The translations under genes and the position numbers were made by a program. This document shows, piece after piece, positions 62,633 to 64,000 of a DNA stretch of 64,000 nucleotides. Source of the DNA: Moniliella sp. 'wahieum' (Eukaryota); assembly GCA_003971905.1 (NCBI GenBank), contig RSEE01000115.1:124001-188000 (forward strand), read 5' to 3'. The first letter of the stretch is position 1. Each line of letters begins with the position of its first letter. Under the pieces are notes generated by a model. It saw only the letters and a list, made by a program, of their open reading frames with translations, had not been told where the DNA came from and did not search any database.

Positions 62633-64000
62633 CATATGCTTACCCTTCCTCTCTCCTCTGTGTATTTGATGCAGTTCTAACAAAATGATGGTAGGTGGGA
62701 GACGCCTCCAAAAGCACAGGGAAATGAAACACTGAAGAAACAATGGGCACATCATCATATGTAGACTCGCAAATGGATGAGTGACCGCCGCATCGTGGTG
62801 GAAGCCCACTGCACTCTTAGGACGTGCTGGTGATGAGGCTGCACACACTGGCGTGAAGACTGTCATCGGAGAGAGAGGAGAGGTTGGCCGCCCACTCAGT
62901 AACTGAGCGTTTTTGATGGTTGTGAGAAGTTCAGGCACGTTCAGATATGATGTTGCAACCGGCGAGAGATGCACGATGGTTAACGCTGAAGAGGTTTAGC
63001 GTTTAACGTACGTTTAACACTTATTAACGTTTAGGCCTTAGGACGTTATGAGAGGGGCTTGTCGAGCGCACATGAAAACCTTGAACAAAGACCGAGGTTA
63101 AGAACATATTGAACGAACGCGTGTATGTACATTGAATTGAGACTCATACTCAATCTTCGATGGTGGAACACAAAACGCGGCCTCTGTAAGCTGTATCGGT
63201 TATCCACTTCCAGCTACTGAATATTGATTGAAACATCATGTCGAAGCAAAGAGAAGGGAATGATTAATGAAGGGGAAAAGGGAGAAAAGTGAGAAGGTAG
63301 AAATGACATCTTGTGAGAGCAACACAGGATGCATATGGGCGCGTGGCTTGGCCATATGGCGTATCATATCACATGCAATCACACAGCACTAACCACTAGT
63401 CGGTCACAGTCACATGTCACACTCACTAGGCAACGGCAGCATTGTTTAATTTAAGGTGGCCTGAGGCCCTCAGAGCCATGGGAGTGGGCCGCTAGCCTGA
63501 GCGCCCACGCATATCATGCGCCATGCTGAGGCTACTGAGGCACCCCGTGCGAACATCGAGTGCACCGAGCCGAACGTGCAGACTGGTGCCGGCGGGATAG
63601 AGACATGCGAGACCCTGCGACACCTCATACTGAAACTGCGGGAGAATTTTGTCACAGGTCACCGGTCACTGATCGATGATGGATGGTCATCGTTCACCTG
63701 CCTATCACAAGATCACACGAACCACGCCGCGTCGAATTTAAGCTTTAAGCTTTACGCGTTACGCCTGCATAAGCTTTGTTTAAATGTCCGCTGTCACATA
63801 CATCGCAATGTGACATGCAGGATGCATGGCAAGGAGGGGCAGTATAGATGTAGCCTCAGGCCGCAGGCAGCGCCTGGCCACCGCTGCTCAGTATGTCTCA
63901 GAACTCAGTTCCAGATCACTTTGCCTGGTTTGCAATGCTGTGGTCTTTACATGCATTACACGTGACGCATTACTGTCGCCTTTCGTGACAAGCCTGCCAG

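Noticed and set aside
63650..63990. Second TGTCAC...GTGACA solo LTR
   Set aside because: No TSD, and the inverted match does not extend beyond 6 bp.
1..64000. Most ORFs in the six-frame track
   Set aside because: They are antisense or off-frame shadows of GC-rich genes, or microsatellite translations, many with non-ATG starts.
1..64000. tRNA, rRNA, snRNA or telomeric repeats
   Set aside because: No cloverleaf with A/B boxes, rRNA signature or (TTAGGG)n array was found by eye; tRNAscan-SE or Infernal would be needed to exclude them.

Overview
Eukaryotic (fungal, most likely basidiomycete; taxon inferred from protein style and short GT..CTAAC/CTGAC..AG introns) genomic window. GC-rich, gene-dense blocks (about 1-25.6 kb, 40.3-43 kb, 51-59.5 kb) hold housekeeping genes: U1-C, endonuclease G, mitochondrial-type aldehyde dehydrogenase, THOC1/Hpr1, Sdh8/SDHAF4, Clp1, an ABC1/UbiB kinase, tropomyosin, a Myb protein, an O-methyltransferase, a zinc-ribbon protein with a 4-nt microexon, Fyv10/MAEA, RPS22, RPS17, a GH8 glycoside hydrolase and tRNA ligase Trl1. 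Between them lie gene-poor, less GC-rich tracts with a truncated Ty1/copia element, a solo LTR with a 5-bp TSD plus a decayed copy of it, and four copies of a decayed dispersed repeat. Most long genes carry 1-bp frameshifts, probably from an unpolished assembly, so gene coordinates are approximate. Most notable: (1) intergenic DNA is full of 7-bp tandem duplications centred on T-N-A (NN-TNA-NN, often palindromic) whose units otherwise differ, suggesting one duplication mechanism; (2) an intron-containing, bacterial-type GH8b (chitosanase/lichenase-like) gene with no visible signal peptide. All calls are by eye; no database searches were run.
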